A stretch of DNA of 64,000 nt from Eubacteriales bacterium (GTDB lineage: Bacteria > Bacillota > Clostridia > Oscillospirales > CAG-272), in NCBI GenBank assembly GCA_045633925.1, contig JAZQZG010000022.1:12171-76170 (forward strand), read 5' to 3'. Shown here piece by piece: positions 8,486-18,838 of this stretch. The translations under genes were made by a program, and so were the position numbers. The notes under the pieces were generated by a model, which saw only the letters and a list, made by a program, of their open reading frames with translations, had not been told where the DNA came from and did not search any database. Positions within the stretch are counted from its first letter, which is position 1. The number at the start of each line of letters is the position of its first letter.

Positions 8486-9685
8486 TTAGTCTTCAACTTC
8501 CTCTGCAGGCTCTGTAATAGGCTTTGTGCTACCGTCACAGAAAACGTTCAAGATAAGGTCGTGAGTCCATTCATCGGACTTGATGATTGCCTTCCACTCA
8601 GCAACGGTTCCGTCAAAGTCGATATCTCCGAGTCTCTCAGCCTTTGCAAGAGCTGTATTGGTTATAATCTTGGTATCCTTATGGATGGTGAAGTCCTCAA
8701 CGTTGGGCATTACTATGTTTATGAGAACCATATAAGGATTCTCTTCTGTTCCGAGGTAATTTCCGTTTTCATATACGGTGTAGATTTCATCGGAGCAATC
8801 TTCAAATGACGTTCCGTTTATTACCTTTACGGAATCGGAAAGCTTAATGCTCGAAAGGTTTTCGCAGTCTAAGAACGCGTGGTCAGCAATTACTTTGGTC
8901 TTGCTGTTTACTGTAGCGCTTGTAATACCCAAGGAGTCGGAATGAACGAGAAGCAAGTTCTTGTTTGCGGTATTTCCAAGGTAGCAAAGACCGTCTTCTA
9001 CGGTGTACTTAAGGCTGGTGCATCCGTAGAACGCCAAATTATCAGCATATTCGAGCTTGTCCGAGAGCTTTATTGTCTGGAGAGAGGAACATGCGGTAAA
9101 TGCGCCGCCGTTGATGGTGGTTACATTCGAGAGATCTATGCTCTTGAGGGCTTTGCACTGGCTGAACATATTCTTTGTAACTTCGGTAATTACTGCGGGG
9201 AGCTCTATTTTCTGGAGGGATACGCAGTTCATAAAAGCGCCATCTCCAATACTTTCAACGCAAGAAACAATTCTTGTGGTATCCTCTTGGTCATATTCTA
9301 TCTCGAATTTTACGCTTGTCAATGCTTCACAGTTAGCAAAAGCGCACTCGCCGATAGTTTCATAGGTAGAGGGAATCGTTACCGACTTTATGACCGAACA
9401 GCCTTTAAACATTTCATCTGCAATACCGGAAATCAATCTTCCGTCCTTTGCCTCGGTAGGGAGAACGAGGTCAACCAAGTCTATATCATTATTTGGGTCG
9501 TAGCTGGTTAATATAAGTTTACCATCAAAGTCTTCGTATTCGAATTTTCCGGTTTGTTTTTCGTCTTCAACGTATTCCTTTTCTACGACGACGTCATTTT
9601 TCTCTTTGTCGGCTTCACTGTCGCCACAAGCAACCAAGGAAACCAAGAGGAGTCCTGCGATAAGAAGTGATAATATTTTTTTCAT
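8486..9685 (-). CDS. leucine-rich repeat (BspA-type LRR) lipoprotein
   Basis: Signal peptide plus lipobox LVACGD. Repeated units of the form IPSTYETIGECAFANCEALTSV, IGDGAFMNCVSLQKI and INGGAFTACSSLQTI. Confidence 0.75.
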   Translation of the reverse strand: MKKILSLLIAGLLLVSLVACGDSEADKEKNDVVVEKEYVEDEKQTGKFEYEDFDGKLILTSYDPNNDIDLVDLVLPTEAKDGRLISGIADEMFKGCSVIKSVTIPSTYETIGECAFANCEALTSVKFEIEYDQEDTTRIVSCVESIGDGAFMNCVSLQKIELPAVITEVTKNMFSQCKALKSIDLSNVTTINGGAFTACSSLQTIKLSDKLEYADNLAFYGCTSLKYTVEDGLCYLGNTANKNLLLVHSDSLGITSATVNSKTKVIADHAFLDCENLSSIKLSDSVKVINGTSFEDCSDEIYTVYENGNYLGTEENPYMVLINIVMPNVEDFTIHKDTKIITNTALAKAERLGDIDFDGTVAEWKAIIKSDEWTHDLILNVFCDGSTKPITEPAEEVED

Positions 9686-9889
9686 CGTTACCTCCGATTT
9701 GACATAACTATATACTTTAATTTATATTATACAGCAAATATAAGCGTTTGTCAACAATAAAAAAATCATTTAGAAAAATTTAGTGAAAATTTAACAAAAT
9801 CATCCGACCTGCTTTGTGTTGAAAGCTATTGACAGTGGTTATTTTTTAGGTGTATAATATGTATAATACAAGCGAAAGGAGGCGTTTTT

Positions 9890-12034
9890 ATGAGTTATCT
9901 TGATACAGATATAAAAAAACTCTACGGTGTCGGTGAGGCAAGGGCAAAGGCGTATCAATCTCTTGGCATCTCGACCGTTGGCGACCTTCTTGCGCACTAT
10001 CCTCGCGGCTACGAGGATAAGGGAGATATAAAATTGCTCTCCGAGGTTGACGATTTTTCAAAGCATGCTTTTTTGCTGACGGTTGCAACCGAACCTAAAA
10101 GCGTGAGACTTAAAAATCGAATGACGCTCACAAAGTTTACGTGCTATGATGACAGTGCCTACTGTGAGATAATATTTTTTAATCAAGATTTTGTTAGAAG
10201 CGTTTTCTCGCTTGGTGAGACCTTTAGATTTTTCGGTAAGCTTGACAGAAGCTCAAAAGGGCTATGCATAAGCTCTCCGACGTATGAGCGTTGGGATGAA
10301 AACGTGGCTCTTCCGCCTCTTGTTGCGGTCTATCCGCTGAGCGCAAAGCTCTCGCAAAAGCAGATAGCAAAGGACGTGAGGTCGGCATTGGTACTTGCCG
10401 CATGCGATAGAGCGGAGGATCCTCTGCCCGAGGAGATACGGCTTCGTCACAAGCTTTGCACTCGCTCCTATGCGCAAAAGAATATACATTTTCCCGAGAG
10501 CTTTTCGGCTCTCGCATCCGCTAAAAAGAGATTGATCTTTGACGAGTTCTTCTCCTTTGCGTTAGGAATTTCCGTAATGGGAATCAAGGGCAAGAGAAAT
10601 TCTGCGCATCCTTGCAGAAATTCGGATATTTCTCCTCTTTTGAAAAATCTTTCTTTTGATCTCACGGGGGCGCAAAAAAGGGTAATTGAGGAAATTCGAT
10701 GCGATATGGAGAGGGAAACGGCGATGAGCCGCATCGTTATCGGTGACGTAGGCTGTGGAAAGACGGTCTGCGCGGCGTCGGCAATACTTTTTGCCGTGCA
10801 GAGCGACCATCAGGCGGCTCTTATGGCTCCGACTGAGATACTCGCGCGTCAGCATTATGCCTCGCTCTGCGAGATGTTTGAATCCTTAGGGCTTCGCACA
10901 GCTCTTCTGCTTGGTGCAACGAGTGCCGCAGAGAAGCGCCGTATATACGCAGGTCTCAAATCCGATGGTGAGGATAGAATCGACGTGGTTATCGGAACGC
11001 ACGCGCTTCTCTCCGAGGGCGTTGAATTTTCTTCGTTGGGACTTGCTGTTATCGACGAGCAGCATCGCTTTGGCGTGGGTCAGAGATCTGCTCTTGTTCA
11101 AAAAAATCCGCTTGCGCACACACTTGTAATGAGCGCAACGCCTATACCTCGTTCCTTGGCTCTTGCGCTTTACGGAGACCTTGACATATCTATGATAGAT
11201 GAGATTCCCGCAGGCCGTCAGGTGGTTGATACCTTTGCGGTTGACGAGAGCTATCGCGCCCGACTTAATGCTTTTATCAGAAAGCAGGTTGCTGAGGGTG
11301 GACAGGTATACGTTGTTTGCCCTGCCGTTGAGGAGAGCGAGAGCGTGGATGAGGAGACCGATTTTCTTTTGGGAGAGATTGGCGTTGATGGAAACCTTAT
11401 CTCCGAGGAGAAGGGAAAGCTCAAATCCGCCATAGCTTTTTCTGAGGAGTTATCCTCTGAATTTCCCGATCTTTCTGTTGATTTTCTTCACGGAAAGCTC
11501 AAGGCTCGTGAGAAGGAGGAGAAGATGGAGCGTTTTGCCTCGGGCAAGACCGATATTCTCGTTTCGACTACTGTTATAGAGGTTGGCGTAAACGTGCCAA
11601 ACGCATCGCTTATGATAGTTGAAAATGCCGAGAGATTCGGGCTTTCTCAGCTTCATCAGCTTAGAGGTCGTGTGGGAAGAGGCAGAAGAAAATCTTATTG
11701 TATATTCGTTTCCGATTCGATAAAAAAGAATGGATGTTCCAAAGAGCGCCTTATGACTGTTAAGAATTCTCATGACGGCTATCAGATTGCCGAGAAGGAT
11801 CTTGCGATGCGAGGCCCCGGAGATTTTTTGAAGATGCGGCAGGATGCGCATCTTCGTCAGAGCGGCGGCGTGCGCTTTAAGCTTGCCGAGCTTTGCGATG
11901 ATACGGGACTTATGACGCTTGCCTTTGCGGAGGCTCGTGAAATTGCGCAAAACGATCCGACGCTTTCAAGCCACCCTGCGCTTAAGAGGCAGATGGAGAG
12001 TCTTTTTGTGTCGGATACAGCTTTTGTTAATTGA
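9890..12034 (+). CDS. recG: ATP-dependent DNA helicase RecG
   Basis: 714 aa. N-terminal wedge region (LLAHYPRGYEDKG), helicase motifs GDVGCGKT, DEQHRFG and SATPIPR, and C-terminal LRGRVGRG. Confidence 0.9.
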   Translation: MSYLDTDIKKLYGVGEARAKAYQSLGISTVGDLLAHYPRGYEDKGDIKLLSEVDDFSKHAFLLTVATEPKSVRLKNRMTLTKFTCYDDSAYCEIIFFNQDFVRSVFSLGETFRFFGKLDRSSKGLCISSPTYERWDENVALPPLVAVYPLSAKLSQKQIAKDVRSALVLAACDRAEDPLPEEIRLRHKLCTRSYAQKNIHFPESFSALASAKKRLIFDEFFSFALGISVMGIKGKRNSAHPCRNSDISPLLKNLSFDLTGAQKRVIEEIRCDMERETAMSRIVIGDVGCGKTVCAASAILFAVQSDHQAALMAPTEILARQHYASLCEMFESLGLRTALLLGATSAAEKRRIYAGLKSDGEDRIDVVIGTHALLSEGVEFSSLGLAVIDEQHRFGVGQRSALVQKNPLAHTLVMSATPIPRSLALALYGDLDISMIDEIPAGRQVVDTFAVDESYRARLNAFIRKQVAEGGQVYVVCPAVEESESVDEETDFLLGEIGVDGNLISEEKGKLKSAIAFSEELSSEFPDLSVDFLHGKLKAREKEEKMERFASGKTDILVSTTVIEVGVNVPNASLMIVENAERFGLSQLHQLRGRVGRGRRKSYCIFVSDSIKKNGCSKERLMTVKNSHDGYQIAEKDLAMRGPGDFLKMRQDAHLRQSGGVRFKLAELCDDTGLMTLAFAEAREIAQNDPTLSSHPALKRQMESLFVSDTAFVN

Positions 12035-12056
12035 TTTTTATCAATGAAAATAAAAC

Positions 12057-12089
12057 AAAAAACGCATCTGCTTGTGCAGATGCGTTTTT
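12057..12089. terminator. bidirectional rho-independent terminator
   Basis: AAAAAACGCATCTGC-TTGT-GCAGATGCGTTTTT between recG and rplL. Confidence 0.75.
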
Positions 12090-12111
12090 ATGTTCAAATA
12101 GGTAAGTTGGA

Positions 12112-12489
12112 TTACTTAATCTCAACAGTTGCGCCAGCCTCTTCGAGCTGCTTCTTGAGAGCCTCAGCCTCATCCTTGGAAACGCCTTCCTTAACGGTCT
12201 TAGGAGCGCCATCAACCATGTCCTTAGCGTCCTTAAGTCCGAGTCCGAGAGCTTCCTTAACAACCTTAACAACGTTGAGCTTCTTGTCTCCGCCGGAAAC
12301 GAGAACAACGTCAAACTCGGTCTTCTCCTCAGCTGCTGCTGCGGGAGCTGCGCCTGCTGCAACTACGCCTACGGGAGCTGCTGCGGATACGCCAAATTCA
12401 TCTTCAACTGCCTTTACGAGGTCAGCGAGTTCAATAATAGTAAGAGACTTGATCTCTTCAAGAATGTTTGTGATCTTTTCAGATGCCAT
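12112..12489 (-). CDS. rplL: 50S ribosomal protein L7/L12
   Basis: 125 aa. [35 protein letters not shown]...Ala-rich hinge...[16 protein letters not shown]. Confidence 0.95.
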   Translation of the reverse strand: MASEKITNILEEIKSLTIIELADLVKAVEDEFGVSAAAPVGVVAAGAAPAAAAEEKTEFDVVLVSGGDKKLNVVKVVKEALGLGLKDAKDMVDGAPKTVKEGVSKDEAEALKKQLEEAGATVEIK

Positions 12490-12580
12490 TTTTCTATTCC
12501 TCCTTAAATGGATGTAATTAAATTTTTTTGCGCTTTTGCGCGATTATATGCCACACTGTGTGGCGGGGAATGAAGCAGAA

Positions 12581-13138
12581 TTATTCAGCTGCTGCTTCGG
12601 TTGCTGCTTCAGCTGCAGCGGGTGCTGCTTCCTCAGCGGAATCTGTACCGTTCTTGTCAACCACAGCCTGAATTGCGTAAGCAAAGCTGTAAAGGGGAGA
12701 CTTGATGCTTCCAAGAAGCTTAGCGATAAGAATTTCCTTAGAGGGAATGTCAGCAAGCTTTTCTACGGTTGCCTTATCTACAACCGCACCGTCAAGATAA
12801 CCTGCGAGAATCTGGAAAGACTCGATCTTTTCAGCATACTCTTTAAGAATCTTAGCGGGAGCAATAGCATCGTCGGTAGCAATGGCGATAGCAGTCATAC
12901 CGGAAAGGTACTGCTTCATCTCTCCCATGCCAACCTCTTCGCAAGCTCTGCCGGTCAAGGAATTCTTCATAACGGTGTACTTTACGCCTGCCTCACGAAG
13001 AGCCTTACGCATCTTTGTGTCAGCGTCAACCGTAATACCCTGGTAGTTTACAACAACACCTGCGGGTGAATTCTTCAACTGCTCGGCAAGGTCAGCCACG
13101 ATTGCCTGCTTTTGTGCGAGAATTGAATTGCTGGGCAC
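12581..13138 (-). CDS. rplJ: 50S ribosomal protein L10
   Basis: 185 aa. Typical L10 N-terminus (KQAIVADLAEQLKNSPAGVVVNYQGITV) and position immediately upstream of rplL. Confidence 0.9.
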   Translation of the reverse strand: MPSNSILAQKQAIVADLAEQLKNSPAGVVVNYQGITVDADTKMRKALREAGVKYTVMKNSLTGRACEEVGMGEMKQYLSGMTAIAIATDDAIAPAKILKEYAEKIESFQILAGYLDGAVVDKATVEKLADIPSKEILIAKLLGSIKSPLYSFAYAIQAVVDKNGTDSAEEAAPAAAEAATEAAAE

Positions 13139-13305
13139 GTTAATTTACCTCCTATTTGAAAATGAGCAGGTATAAAAAAATAATCTTTTTTTCGCTCGAG
13201 CACAGACTGCCGCAAGGAAAAAAAGATTATGAGAAATATACACAATCAAAATCTCCTCGGCAGGAAAGCCTATGCTTTTACTAAAACCTGCTGTCTTTGG
13301 ATAAC
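13139..13305 (-). promoter_or_regulatory. candidate L10 (rplJ) leader / autoregulatory 5' UTR
   Basis: About 165 nt lie between a good promoter and the rplJ start. The region contains an AT-rich hairpin, ATAATCTTTTTTT...AAAAAAAGATTAT, followed by a T-run. The assignment rests on position and analogy only. Confidence 0.35.
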
Positions 13306-13311
13306 GGGTAT

Positions 13312-13339
13312 ATTATACCACAAAAGAATTATTTGTCAA
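13312..13339 (-). promoter_or_regulatory. sigmaA-like promoter for rplJ-rplL
   Basis: On the reverse strand: TTGACA (13339-13334), 16-nt spacer, extended -10 TGGTATAAT (TATAAT at 13317-13312). Confidence 0.5.
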
Positions 13340-13391
13340 TAGTTTTTTGAAATTTTTTTTAAAAAAATGCTTTTTTGTCTTGAAAAAACGC

Positions 13392-14291
13392 TTATTCTGC
13401 CTCTTTTTCAATGCTTTCCTCGGCATTTTCTTCGATTTCTTTTCCAACGTTTTCTTCAACGTTTTCTTCAACGCTCTCTTTTTTCTCAACGACATTGTCG
13501 CTCTCGCAGAGCTTTGCTTTGGGCGCACTCGCAATAGTTACAAGTCTTGATACAGCGTATATGAGAATAGCGGTGAAGAATACGTCGCCCTCAAGATTTG
13601 AGTAGCTGTCGATTCTGTTTGATGCAAAGCCGATGATGGCAGGTATAGAGCTTGATGCGAGCGCAAAGATTGCCGCAAATATTGAAAAATAGTAGAATCT
13701 CGGCTTTACCGAGCCGTATATTGCGCAGAGCTCGTTAAAGATAAAGAGCATAGCGCCTGCGCAGGAGACGTAGAACAGATTTCTGTCTGCCGAGTTTATC
13801 GGTGAGGAGAAATCGAAATACGAGGATATCCAAAGGAAGAAAACAAGAGCAAGCGCGCCAAGACCGCAATATACAGTTGCAGTTATCTGCTTTGGCGCAA
13901 AGAAGATAAGGAAGAAGAATACCGTTGAAACAATAGCGCAAAGCAGTATTGCAACCGGGATAAATCCTAAATCTTTGGTTGAATTTGAAAGCGACGTTAT
14001 CATCTGTGTTACGCAAAATACCGATGCGCTCATCGGAAGGATTGCGGCATATCTTGCAAGTGCGCTTGGCACAGATACAGGGGTATCTTTTTTTATGCCG
14101 AGAATCGCTGCGAGAAGGAAGATTGCTATTGCAACAATGAAGAATACGTCTGCTATGATAGGCAGAGCCACTCCCGATCTGTAGTATCCGTTATTATAAA
14201 AGACGAGCATACAGATAACTCTGAGGAGAAGAGATATGAATGAGAGCGCTATAGCTGTTATTGAAAGTGTCTTGGTGGATAACTTTTTCAT
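13392..14291 (-). CDS. hypothetical polytopic membrane protein with acidic C-terminal tail
   Basis: 299 aa with about 8 hydrophobic segments. Glu-rich tail (EKKESVEENVEENVGKEIEENAEESIEKEAE). I recognise no family. Confidence 0.5.
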   Translation of the reverse strand: MKKLSTKTLSITAIALSFISLLLRVICMLVFYNNGYYRSGVALPIIADVFFIVAIAIFLLAAILGIKKDTPVSVPSALARYAAILPMSASVFCVTQMITSLSNSTKDLGFIPVAILLCAIVSTVFFFLIFFAPKQITATVYCGLGALALVFFLWISSYFDFSSPINSADRNLFYVSCAGAMLFIFNELCAIYGSVKPRFYYFSIFAAIFALASSSIPAIIGFASNRIDSYSNLEGDVFFTAILIYAVSRLVTIASAPKAKLCESDNVVEKKESVEENVEENVGKEIEENAEESIEKEAE

Positions 14292-14382
14292 TTTATAAAG
14301 CTCCGTATAACGTATTTTTGAGTACGGATATATTATACAGAAAAAATTTTAACAGAGTGTAAACAATTCTTCAAAATAAGAG

Positions 14383-16791
14383 TTATTTGCACTCTTCGAT
14401 CTCGATTATTTCTATCTCCCCGTTTTTTGCAAGCACGAGAGCCGAGTCTGAGGAGGGATTTTTCAGGATAAATTCGGCAAGAGGGGTCTCTATCGAGTGA
14501 ATTATTTCCCTGCGGATAGGTCGGGCGCCAAGCTTTTTTGTAAAGACCTTCTTTGCAATAAGGGACGCTACATCCTCGGATATCTCAAGCGTTTTTCCGC
14601 TCTCCGAGAGTCTTGTCTTAAGCTCTGAGAGCATCTTTCTTGCAATTTTCTCCAAGGAGCGCTCGTCAAGGTCGCTAAAGACGATTATCTCATCTATTCG
14701 ATTGAGAAATTCGGGGCTGAAAAAGCTTTGCAGAGATTCGAGCTCTCTTGAATCGTGAGCTTCCTTTTCCTCCTCGCCAAAGCTCAGTATTCGAGGAGAT
14801 CTTATAGCTCTTGTGAGATTTGACGTCATAATGAGTATCGTGTTTTTAAAATCTATTCGCTTTCCCGAGGAATCGGTGAGCATACCGTCCTCAAGTATTT
14901 GCAAAAGTATATTGATAACGTCGGGGTGAGCCTTTTCTATCTCGTCAAGAAGGATGAGCGAATAAGGATTTCGTCTCACCTTTTCGCAAAGCGCTGAGCC
15001 CTCGCCGTAGCCTACGTATCCCGGAGGCGCTCCGAGAAGCTTTGATACGCTGTGTTTTTCCATATATTCCGACATATCGAGGCGGATGAGCGAGTTGGGA
15101 TTTTTAAAAAGCGTTGATGCGAGAGCATAGCAAAGTCCGGTTTTGCCGACTCCGCTGCTGCCAAGGAAGAGAAACGAGCCGCAGGGGCGATTCTTTTGTC
15201 GCACTCCGGTGCGAGCACGGCGCACGGTGTCGGATATTTTTTTGATAGCTTTGTCCTGACCGATAATGTTCTCGGATAGCGTCTTTTCAAGATTTATGAG
15301 ATCGTCACTCTCTTCTTTCATAACGGAGGAGCAGGGAATGGAGGTCTGCTCCGAGATAAGAGCGGCTATATCCTTTGCCAAAAGCGTGGGAGTCTCCTGC
15401 GTTTGAGGGGCGCTCGAGGGCTTTTCAAAAATTGCGGTTGTTACGGGAGCGCTTGCAAGCAGAGCTCTTTCCTTTGAGGCAAGAGCCGATGCCTCCTCAA
15501 AATTACCCTCAAGCACGGCTTGTTCCTTTTCGACAGAGATCGACTCAAGCTCGCTTTTTGAGCTTTTGATGCTTTGTGAGAGGTGGAGCTTTGCCGCCGC
15601 CTCATCGATAAGATCGATAGCCTTGTCGGGAAGAAATCTGTCGGGCACGTAGAGAATCGAGTATTTTACCGCCGCGCGGATAGCCTCCTCGCTTATAGAT
15701 ACCGAGTGGTAAAGCTCGTATTTTTGGCGCAGACCCATAAGGATCAGTATCGCCTCGTCCTCGTTTGGCTCTAAGAGCGTGATAGGCTGAAAGCGCCTCT
15801 CAAGCGCCGAGTCCTTTTCTATCTTTGCTCGGTATTCCTCTATTGTGGTAGCTCCAATAACACGTATCTCACCTCGTGAGAGCGGAGGCTTCAGAATATT
15901 TGCCGCATCGATAGCGCCCTCTGCCGCGCCCGCGCCTGCTATGACGTGTATCTCGTCAATAAAGAGGATAACGTCTCCCGCACGGCGAACCTCCTCTATA
16001 ATGTTTTTCATTCTGTCCTCAAATTCGCCACGGTATTTGGCTCCTGCAAGCATTGATGGGATGTCAAGTGAGATGATGCGTTTTTCCTTTAGCTCCTCGG
16101 GAACGTTGCCCTTGGCTATCAGCGAGGCAAGACCCTCGACGAGCGCAGTTTTTCCAACGCCCGGCTCACCGATAAGGCAGGGGTTGTTCTTTTGTCTGCG
16201 ACAGAGGATCCTTACCATTCGCAAAAGCTCCTCCTCACGCCCGATAAGAGGGTCGGAGAAATTAAGCCTTGCCGTTGCGGTTATATCCTTTCCGTAGGTG
16301 GAGAGAGATTTGAATTTTACCTTTTTATCGCTCTCCTTTGGAGCGCTTTGCTGAGACGCTGTGCCGATATATGCCGAGAGATCGGCTTTTATCTCGTTTA
16401 TCGGTATGCCCTCACATTCGAGAAGCCTTGAGCCAACGGCATCCTTTTGCGATACGAGCGCAAGCAAAAGATGCTCGCTCCCAACAAGCTTAGCGCCTGT
16501 GCGAAGAGCCTCTGCCGATGCGTTCTCTATCGTGCGAGCAAGACGAGGGCTCATATCTGCGGCGCTGACGGCGCTTTTTGTGCCTATGCCAACGTAATCG
16601 ATGAGGCTTTGCTTTATTTTATTGAGCTTTGCTCCGTGAGAGGTGAGAATTCTGTAGGCGATGCTTTCCTTTTCCGAGAGCAATCCCAAAAGAAGATGCT
16701 CGGTGCCGATATAGCTGTGCCCGAGCTCTCGGGCAATCTTTAGCGAGAAGTTGAGGGCTGATTGCGCTCTTTGTGTAAACTTGTTAACCAT
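14383..16791 (-). CDS. clpC: ATP-dependent Clp protease ATP-binding subunit ClpC
   Basis: 802 aa. Duplicated Clp_N repeats (GHSYIGTEHLLLGLL and VGSEHLLLAL) and two AAA+ modules (GEPGVGKTA; GSSGVGKTG). Confidence 0.9.
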   Translation of the reverse strand: MVNKFTQRAQSALNFSLKIARELGHSYIGTEHLLLGLLSEKESIAYRILTSHGAKLNKIKQSLIDYVGIGTKSAVSAADMSPRLARTIENASAEALRTGAKLVGSEHLLLALVSQKDAVGSRLLECEGIPINEIKADLSAYIGTASQQSAPKESDKKVKFKSLSTYGKDITATARLNFSDPLIGREEELLRMVRILCRRQKNNPCLIGEPGVGKTALVEGLASLIAKGNVPEELKEKRIISLDIPSMLAGAKYRGEFEDRMKNIIEEVRRAGDVILFIDEIHVIAGAGAAEGAIDAANILKPPLSRGEIRVIGATTIEEYRAKIEKDSALERRFQPITLLEPNEDEAILILMGLRQKYELYHSVSISEEAIRAAVKYSILYVPDRFLPDKAIDLIDEAAAKLHLSQSIKSSKSELESISVEKEQAVLEGNFEEASALASKERALLASAPVTTAIFEKPSSAPQTQETPTLLAKDIAALISEQTSIPCSSVMKEESDDLINLEKTLSENIIGQDKAIKKISDTVRRARTGVRQKNRPCGSFLFLGSSGVGKTGLCYALASTLFKNPNSLIRLDMSEYMEKHSVSKLLGAPPGYVGYGEGSALCEKVRRNPYSLILLDEIEKAHPDVINILLQILEDGMLTDSSGKRIDFKNTILIMTSNLTRAIRSPRILSFGEEEKEAHDSRELESLQSFFSPEFLNRIDEIIVFSDLDERSLEKIARKMLSELKTRLSESGKTLEISEDVASLIAKKVFTKKLGARPIRREIIHSIETPLAEFILKNPSSDSALVLAKNGEIEIIEIEECK

Positions 16792-16900
16792 CGTTAACCA
16801 AAAAACCTTTCCTGATTTTATTTATCTTTGCTTGGTGAGAATATAAAGCTCTGCCGTTTTGGTAATTATCGCACGTATAGGCAGATTTTATACGGAAGCC

Positions 16901-17410
16901 TCAAAAAGATGTGTGATTTGAAAGGTCTGTGAGTAGACGCTCATAGGTGTTTCTGTCGAGAAGTCCCGTGCTCTCAAGTCCCGATGCTATCTGAAATTCC
17001 TGCACGGCGCTCTGCGTTGCGTCATCGTATATGCCGCTTATCTCTATCTCGGGAAAGCTGTCATAGACGGCAGATAGCTCGCGCAAGAGCAATTGAATTA
17101 TTAAAACGAACACGCTATTCTCACCCGGAGCGGTTGCGTAGTTTTGCGGAGTTGAGGGAAAGAGAGGGGGTAAGGGCTCGTTTGGGAGAGCCTTGTATTG
17201 CTCGTATATTGCATCCCACGTTCTTTTGTCCACAATGCCGTTTGCCTCAAGTCCAAAGGCTCTTTGAAAGGAACGTACCGATTCTTCGGTTGCGCTCTCA
17301 AAGATTCCGTCAACGGGCGGAGAAATTATATCGTCATAGACAAAGGATAGCGCGCGGAGATATTTTTGAAGGTTGAATATTGCCTCTTGAAGATTGAGTG
17401 GTTCTTGCAT
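16901..17410 (-). CDS. peptidoglycan-binding (PG_binding_1 x2) protein, no signal peptide
   Basis: 169 aa. Two units of the form DGIFESATEESVRSFQRAFGLEANGIVDKRTWDAI and SGIYDDATQSAVQEFQIASGLESTGLLDRNTYERL. The N-terminus is hydrophilic. Confidence 0.7.
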   Translation of the reverse strand: MQEPLNLQEAIFNLQKYLRALSFVYDDIISPPVDGIFESATEESVRSFQRAFGLEANGIVDKRTWDAIYEQYKALPNEPLPPLFPSTPQNYATAPGENSVFVLIIQLLLRELSAVYDSFPEIEISGIYDDATQSAVQEFQIASGLESTGLLDRNTYERLLTDLSNHTSF

Positions 17411-17423
17411 AGCGAGTCCCTCC

Positions 17424-18824
17424 TTAGTTGCCTATGTTATATCCGGGGAATTGTCCCTCGTTTAGTCTGTTGCCAAGGAAGAGGTCGCTGTATACCGAGG
17501 TTATTGCATCCCAGGTTGCCGCTCCGACGGTTCCGCTTGGCTCGAGACCGTTGATTCTTTGAAATGCGACTACCGCCTCGCTTGTGCGCTGACCGAAATA
17601 TCCCGTGGGCGAGACGCTCGGTATCTGAATGAAGAATTGCGAGATGTAGTTAAGATATTCCTGCAAAAGCCGTACCACCTCGCTCTCCGAGCCGAGGCGC
17701 AGAGGGATTCCCGGGTAGGGGTAGATCTCTCCGTCAAGATATTTGAACGGAATGTTGTTGATGAATCCGAGGTAGGTTCTGTAAAGCACGTCATACGTTG
17801 GAAGATCTACCACACCGGTGATAGGAAGATCGAAAAGCCGTTGAAAGGCTTTTACTGCGTTCTCGGTATCTCTGCCGTATATCCCATCGATGGCTATTTG
17901 TGGGATTTCGCTGTAAAATTCGGCTAAATAGTTCAAAAAATACTGAATATTGCGGATGTTGTCCCCACTATCGCCAAATTTGCTCTCGCCTGCATATTGC
18001 TTTGTTACCTCGGAGAGGGTTATTCCCTCGGAGTTCAGCTCGTTGAGTCTCTTTACCGCATTGTATAAAAAGAGTATCTTATACCAGGTTGCGTTTCCCA
18101 CGATTCCGTCGGGATCAAGACCGAACGTCTCTTGAAATTTCTTGACGGCATCCTCGGTATCAAAGGAGAAAACACCGTCGGGGAGCGCAATCTTCGGAAT
18201 TGCGGGGTAATTATCGGATATTCTGTTGAGTCTGAGCTGAAGCGTTCTCACCTCGTCACCGCCGCTGCCAAGTCGCAGAGGTACGGGGGGTGCGCTTGAG
18301 TTAGGAAGATCGATTGGCGCATTCATTACGATGTTTATATCGTCGCCGTAGTAGTATTTGAGAATTTCGTAGGGAGTGAGTCCTTGATTTGCAAGAGTCA
18401 CCGTGCCCCATTGCGAGAGTCCCTCGCAGGAGACCTCCTTGCCGTCGCAGTAGCTTGCAAAAAGAGGCTCGACGTTGCCTTGGCGTACGATATAGCTGTT
18501 GAAGATTTCGGATACTATTCTGCCTACGTTTTCAAAGTAGTCGCGCCCCTTGACGAAGGATTGATCGTATGCGGTGGAATTCGTGATGTCAAAATCATAT
18601 CCGCGAGATCGGTAATACTCGGTGTATATGCGGTTAAGGGTGAAGGATATCTGCGCATATACGTTTGCTCGAATAGCATTTTCGGGCCAGGTGGGATAGA
18701 TCTCGCTTGAGGCTACGTTGGTTATGTATTCCGCAAAGGGGAGCGTGACGTTCTCGGCATCGCTGTCGGGCGGGCCTAAATGCACGGTTACGGTCTGCGG
18801 AATAAACGGTATGTTTGCGTTCAT
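17424..18824 (-). CDS. SpoIID-like N-terminal domain plus 3-4 PG_binding_1 repeats, no signal peptide
   Basis: The N-terminal region (FAEYITNVASSEIYPTWPENAIRANVYAQISFTLNRIY...AYDQSF) resembles the SpoIID/LytB fold signature. Repeats include DGVFSFDTEDAVKKFQETFGLDPDGIV, DGIYGRDTENAVKAFQRLF and TGYFGQRTSEAVVAFQRINGLEPSG. I chose the ATG at 18824 (RBS AAAGGAGAGG) over the TTG at 18842. Confidence 0.6.
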   Translation of the reverse strand: MNANIPFIPQTVTVHLGPPDSDAENVTLPFAEYITNVASSEIYPTWPENAIRANVYAQISFTLNRIYTEYYRSRGYDFDITNSTAYDQSFVKGRDYFENVGRIVSEIFNSYIVRQGNVEPLFASYCDGKEVSCEGLSQWGTVTLANQGLTPYEILKYYYGDDINIVMNAPIDLPNSSAPPVPLRLGSGGDEVRTLQLRLNRISDNYPAIPKIALPDGVFSFDTEDAVKKFQETFGLDPDGIVGNATWYKILFLYNAVKRLNELNSEGITLSEVTKQYAGESKFGDSGDNIRNIQYFLNYLAEFYSEIPQIAIDGIYGRDTENAVKAFQRLFDLPITGVVDLPTYDVLYRTYLGFINNIPFKYLDGEIYPYPGIPLRLGSESEVVRLLQEYLNYISQFFIQIPSVSPTGYFGQRTSEAVVAFQRINGLEPSGTVGAATWDAITSVYSDLFLGNRLNEGQFPGYNIGN

Positions 18825-18838
18825 ATCTTCCTCTCCTT

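Noticed and set aside
12044-12517. 157-aa plus-strand ORF and 111-aa minus-strand ORF overlapping rplL
   Set aside because: Both overlap a highly conserved ribosomal protein gene. The Ala/Ser/Thr-rich products are typical of off-frame translation of the Ala-rich hinge.
16792-16900. CtsR operator (GGTCAAA direct repeat) upstream of clpC or mecA
   Set aside because: I looked for the heptad repeat in 16792-16900 and 19873-20076 on both strands and did not see it. No claim is made.
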